Source: Eledone cirrhosa
Lineage: Eukaryota
Direction: 5' to 3'
DNA: 64,000 bases
Assembly (NCBI GenBank): GCA_964016885.1
Contig: OZ024740.1
Span: 92,442,001-92,506,000, forward strand
The translations under genes and the position numbers were made by a program. Positions 57,925 through 64,000 of the stretch are shown piece after piece (position 1 is the stretch's first letter; the number at the start of each line of letters is the position of its first letter). The notes below the pieces were generated by a model. The model was not told the DNA's origin. It made no database searches and was given only the letters and a program-made list of their open reading frames with translations.

Positions 57925-58110
57925 TAGGAGAGTGTTTAACCCCGACGGCAGGGACAAGCCGTTTCGACGGCTATATCTGGAAATAGCCGTCGAGACGACT
58001 TGAGCTCTGCCGTTGGTGTTAAGCATTCTCCTATTACCCGCTCTACTACCCTAAGTATTGAGTAGTCTGGTGGGTTGTGGTCCATCTAGTTCCTTAACAC
58101 ACCTCCTTCG
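57925..58110. mobile_element. Short inverted pair of family-1 pLTR 3' ends
   Basis: CCCCGACGGC...GCCGTTTCGACGGCTAT atctgg aaATAGCCGTCGAGACG.... The plus arm runs to the usual 3' end CCTTCG, followed by a TA-rich tract. Confidence 0.8.
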
Positions 58111-58538
58111 ATATATACATATACATATATATATATATACCGAAATCGGTGGCAAATTGTGGGAGCTAGAGCCAAAAATCTTATTTTTCGATAACTAAAT
58201 AAAAGTGAAACCCTATCGATTTTATCTGCAGAATGACCGCGAAATAAAAGAAACCATACTCTGAATATAGAAAACACTCCCCGATGACTAATCTATGAGC
58301 CTGTAAAGTTTCATGACATTCGGTAGTAAGATGTATGCCGCTACAGGTAATACACATACACACACACATACTTAATTTTATTTATATACAGATATACTTA
58401 TCCTTATCGAGCTATCTTTGGATTTTAGTCTTTACATTTTTTATTATTACTATATATATACATATATATACATATATATATGTTGATTTAAAACTGCACT
58501 ATCCACAAGTGTTTTTTAACCTTCATATCATGTCCTCC

Positions 58539-58609
58539 TATTTTACCTGATGAAAATACAAATGTTATTGCATGATGATATTTGTTTTTGAAATGCGCAT
58601 AATAAAATA
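58539..58609 (+). ncRNA. Minimal type I hammerhead
   Basis: TATTTTAC CTGATGA AAATACAAATGTTATT...GATATTTGTTTTT GAAA TGCGCA TA ATAAAATA. Confidence 0.85.
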
Positions 58610-58639
58610 CATGGAACTCATTTAACCATCTTTTGATCT

Positions 58640-58772
<133 letters not shown>

Positions 58773-58780
58773 TATATAGA

Positions 58781-59956
58781 ATGGGCCCGAACTATGCCAA
58801 CCTTTTTGTTGGCCATGTTGAGGCCCAAATCTTTGCCCAGTACACCGGCCCCACGCCCGAACTGTACGGTCGTTACATTGACGACTGTATCGGAGCCACG
58901 ACCCTCACCCGAGAACAGCTCGACTCCTTTCTCTCCTTCTTCTGCTCCTTCCACCCCTCCCTCCACTTCACCACCTCTATCTCCACCACACACGTCCACT
59001 TCTTAGACATCTCTGTCGCCTTCGACCCCTCCCACCACTCCCTCGTCACCTCCGCCTTCTTCAAACCCACCGACTCACACTCTTACCTCGGCTTCACCTC
59101 TCCCCACCCCACCCACACTAAACACTCCATTCCCTACTCCCAACTTCTCAGGATCCGCCGCCTCTGTAGCCGTGATGCTGACTTCGAGTCCCAGGCCCTT
59201 TCCCTAGTCAGCCATTTCATCCGCAGAGGTTACCCCCCCCCCCCCCCCCTCTCTCGTCTACACAGCTCTCTCTTGAGCCAGTGCTGTCCCCCGCTCCACC
59301 ACCCTCACCCCACGCCACCGCACACCCACCCACCGTCTCCCCTTCCCCATCACCTACCACCCCTCCACCTTACCCCTCCTCCACTCCATCCGCCGCCTCT
59401 TCCGACGCCTCCAGTCCGACCCCTCCACCTCCCACATCTTCCCAACCCCACCACTCTCCTCCTTCAAACGCGCACGCAATCTCCGCACCCTCCTCGTCCA
59501 CAGCTCCCTACCACCCAACCCACGCTCTGTTTCCCCCCTCGGTTCCTTTCCATGTTCTAGGCCCCGCTGCAACACCTGTCCCCACCACACCAACACCACC
59601 ACCTTCCAGGGTCCCAACGGCCACTCTCTCTCGGTCCGGCATGCCTTCCGCTGCACCTCCTCCAACCTAGTCTACGGACTTCGCTGCACGGAGTGGAGCG
59701 CGACTTATGTCGGACAGACGGGACGTCGCCTGGTGGACCGAGTAACGGAGCACCTCCGGGATATCGTCTCGGGGGCAATTCCCCCATCGCCCTCCACTTT
59801 GGTGGCCCTGGACACTCCGCACGCCATCCCACAGTCTGTGGCCTACTCCAGTGCCACGGAACACCCGCCCATCGCCTTACGGTCGAACAACGAACTATCT
59901 TCATCTTACAGACCCACACTCCCCCCGGCCTGAACTCCCCACCCTTATTCCTTTAG
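58781..59956 (+). pseudogene. Neptune PLE RT (C-terminal half) + GIY-YIG, frameshifted
   Basis: [46 protein letters not shown]; CxxxRCxxC; NLVY...YVGQT..RL.DRVTEHLRDI; PPGLN. Confidence 0.92.
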
Positions 59957-61460
59957 CGTTCGACCGCCCCCCTCCCCCCACACTTATCCCCCACTAACAC
60001 CACTAACACACCCCTCCTTTTCACCGCCCACCCCACACTAACAATACTAACACCTCCACTCCACCCCTCATCTGACCACCTTCCCCAACTAACATACTAA
60101 CATCCCTTCCCTCCCCTCTTCCCCCCCTCCTTATCACACGCACACACCCACCGGCACATATATACATGCGCTCACACTAAACACACACCCCACTACCACC
60201 ACTAACCCTCACCCCGCACCTCTCAACCCCACACCTCCATCCCACCACCCCGCAACTAACCTCACTAACACCCACTAACCCCAAGCACTCGAACACACGC
60301 ACCCACTTACACCACCCACCCCACACGCAACTAACATCACTAACACCCCCCAACCCCACGCACACGTACCCACAGACCCTCGTACACCACCAACTCTACA
60401 CACCCTACCACCACTAATACCCACTCACACCTGCATTCAACCCCTCCCCACCTCCCGTATACTAACACCCACTAACACCTCTTCATCAAACTACACACAC
60501 ACCAGTACACCACACTCCCTCCATAGAACCACACACACCCTTCTCTCCCCACTCCACCCACACCCTCGCTCCACACTCACTCATCCCACTAACACCCCTA
60601 CTAATACACACACACACACACACACCTCCTCACTCCAACTTTCACACCTACCCATCCTCGCCCCCTATCATTCCACTGACTTCTGCTGTGCCCTCTGGCC
60701 ACCTTCCAGCACCAACAGACAACAGTACTCCCACTGCTGACCACTTCCTGTTGTGCGCGCACCCCACATCTCTCCTTTTCCGACCACCACTTCATGGATT
60801 ACCCACACGCAGAATTTGACTTACAAACAATCTACTAAACATCCTTGGAACTTACCAACTTTTCAACCATCCTCTTGCGTAATCACCTATATAACTAATC
60901 CGCACACACACCCCAAACATTTTTTTTTCTCCACACGCCACCCACACCCACAACACGCTTAAACTCCACACACACATGCTTCCCACCACATATTTACACC
61001 CTCAGCCTCCTGATTCATCTCCCCCCACCCCCCTATCCACACACGCACAGACACTCCGACCCAGAAACCCCCCCCCATACACCACTTCCTGAACATGCAA
61101 CCCCGTTTTTCCCCCAACCCTTACTTTCACATACACACACAAACACACACACAAACACCTACATACACACACCACCTTCAGCCCTCCCCGCTCGGACACC
61201 CCGTCTCCCTCTCCCCACTCCACCCGCCACCACCCCTACTCACCCCACACCCTTCCACCACCTGTTTACCCCCCTTTTAATTTCAGTTTATTTTGATCGT
61301 GCCTTTATTTTTAAATGTTCACATTCCTTGTATTTTGATCATGCTTTATTTTTATTTTTTATATTTATTTGTTTTTTTTTCATTCGCACCGTTTCCTTTC
61401 GCTATATGTCTTACCACCACCCCCCTACACACCTTTTGAACTCTGTTCCAACACACTTCT

Positions 61461-61494
61461 CACCTGAGGAAGGGCTTATGCCCGAAACGTCGTC
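61461..61494 (+). ncRNA. Minimal hammerhead typical of PLE pLTRs
   Basis: AC CTGAGGA aGGGC ttat GCCC GAAA CG TC GT; palindromic ACGT stem III implies dimeric folding. Confidence 0.85.
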
Positions 61495-61583
61495 CCTCAC
61501 TTACCCCCCACTCTCCTGAGCGTGAAATTAATACACATTTATTATACTGCTTCTCTGTTTTGTCCCTGTTCAAATTTTTCCAT

Positions 61584-61687
<104 letters not shown>

Positions 61688-61787
61688 TATTTATATATAT
61701 ACATTTATATATTTATATATTTATATATATATATAAACATGTATATAAATATATATATATACATTTACATATAATCATATATATATT

Positions 61788-61825
<38 letters not shown>

Positions 61826-61950
61826 CATATATGGAAAGTTATATTTAAATTGTTGGGTTACAACTAGTAAATATTTATAACTGATATAAAAGCACTCAAC
61901 AAGTATTTACGATATTAAATAAATGGAAACTATATTTATAAAACCATATT

Positions 61951-62016
61951 TATTTCATTATATATATTTCAGGGATATCATATTAACAATATGTTATGCC
62001 TTCTTCAGACAAAATA
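61951..62016 (-). ncRNA. Minimal hammerhead
   Basis: Reverse complement of 62727-62792. Confidence 0.78.
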
Positions 62017-62726
62017 CAATATAGACAGTTTTATACATAAATAGATTTGACATACCGTTCAACATCGACTTGTATTTGAAAAAGTTGATTTGGCAGTGAA
62101 AAATTGTAAACAGAAAGAAAGAAAGAAAGAAGGAAAGAAAGAAAGAAAACGAAGAAAAAGGATAAATGCATGCAACAAAATAGAGAGATGGAAAGATAGA
62201 TAAAGAGAAGAACTTCGTGTAATACTGATATTTACATTATAGTGCCTGGTTTTTATACGAACTAATATTTCTACATAGAAACATAGGGTTTTTAAATTCT
62301 GCCTCGCCTATGTCTGGTTACTTTTCATTTTTTCTCTCTATATAACGGCTGGTTTCTTTCCTAACCACATATATCTCCCTTACATTAATACTAGAGCTAA
62401 ATAAATAAATAAATAAATAAATGTATCATTCATACGTCATTCAACGGATGTTCAACTACCTACTTTTCTCTATATATATCTATCTCTATCTATTTCCTCT
62501 CTCTATATATCTCTCTCTGTTTCTTTACATGAAGTTCTTCTCTTTATCTATCTTTCCATCTCTCTATTTTGTTGCATGCATTTATTCTTTTTCTTCCTTT
62601 TCTTTCTTTCCTTCTTTCTTTCTTTCTTTCTGTTTACAATTTTTCACTGCCAAATCAACTTTTTCAAATACAATTCGATGTTAAACGGTATGTCAAATCT
62701 ATTTATCTATAAAACTGTCTATATTG

Positions 62727-62792
62727 TATTTTGTCTGAAGAAGGCATAACATATTGTTAATATGATATCCCTGAAATATATATAATGAAATA
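62727..62792 (+). ncRNA. Minimal hammerhead
   Basis: TATTTTGT CTGAAGA AGG...CCT GAAA TATATA TA ATGAAATA. Confidence 0.8.
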
Positions 62793-62851
62793 AATATGGT
62801 TTTATAAATATAGTTTCCATTTATTTAATATCGTAAATATACATATATATA

Positions 62852-62932
<81 letters not shown>

Positions 62933-62939
62933 CTGTGTG

Positions 62940-62980
<41 letters not shown>

Positions 62981-62992
62981 TTATATATATAT

Positions 62993-63228
<236 letters not shown>

Positions 63229-63351
63229 TGGATACTTAGTAAGCAAATTGTGCCTACTATTGAATGTGTTAGCAAAGCACTCGACAAAGTAGGTCCTCAG
63301 AATAATAACATACGTTTAAATAGCTTAGCAAATAGAACATTGTGGTAGGCA

Positions 63352-63429
<78 letters not shown>

Positions 63430-63790
63430 CATTTTATTTATATACCGATATAATTATCCCTATCGAGCTATTACATTACGATTGACCAAACGGGATAGAC
63501 CAGCTCTATACAGTGGTGCACCTCAAACCTGAATATATATATATATATATAAATATACACCTACATATATATATATATGTATATATATATATTTATATAT
63601 ATATACATATACATATACATATACATATATATATATATATATATTTTTTAGTTTATGTTGGTTGTATACCAACACCTCACTATGCAGGCTGGACCACTCG
63701 ACGAAGTGCGCAGGTTGGTTTGATTACTCCGGAGTAGTGTAAAATAAAGTTATATAAAAGTCAAATGATTAAAATTTAGCTTCGTTTATT

Positions 63791-63845
63791 ACTGCTATAT
63801 ATATTTCAGTGACCGCCATCTTTGGCTGTGACCTCTTCAGGCAGT
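63791..63845 (-). ncRNA. Minimal hammerhead
   Basis: Minus: ACTGC CTGAAGA GGTCACAGCCA aaga TGGCGGTCACT GAAA TATATA TA GCAGT; perfect 5 bp stem I. Confidence 0.88.
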
Positions 63846-64000
63846 TTGAATTAGTATGGTATAGACATGTACATATGATGTTTAGGTGTATAATATTGTC
63901 AATACTCTGATATGCCCAGTTCCTTGTTGAGTTGTTAATTCACTGAGGAACTGGAGTCATATGAATTCAAACAAACGAATTTCAGTGTCAAAGGTCCTCT

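Larger units (their letters stand above)
61905..62838. repeat. Inverted pair of pLTR fragments, related to the 33.3 kb pLTR
   Basis: 61905-62222 is the reverse complement of 62525-62838. The 3' part resembles 33355-33415. Confidence 0.88.

Overview
Eukaryotic, AT-rich, repeat-dominated window with many (TA)n and (CA)n tracts. The SINE and Tx1-like remnants suggest a cephalopod (octopod) genome, but that is inference. I found no host gene, and most ORFs in the track are microsatellite translations. The window is a dense patch of Penelope-like retroelements (PLEs; RT plus GIY-YIG endonuclease). These are a young inverted-plus-tandem Naiad-type array (5.7-14.6 kb), an older Naiad (30.3-33.4 kb), a very C-rich Neptune-type element (58.8-61.6 kb) and several solo or inverted pseudo-LTRs (pLTRs). 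I identified 18 type I hammerhead ribozyme (HHR) motifs by eye, from about nine families. Some have non-canonical cores (compensated U3-A8; U4C). Other highlights: (i) a ~660 bp non-coding HHR-bearing unit in tandem, a retrozyme/circRNA candidate; (ii) two near-identical non-autonomous Helitrons inserted 4 bp apart, in opposite orientation, in adjacent copies of one repeat, with an empty third copy; (iii) PLE ends that repeatedly abut (TA)n; (iv) recurrent fold-back duplications. All coordinates and folds were read manually and may be off by a few bases.
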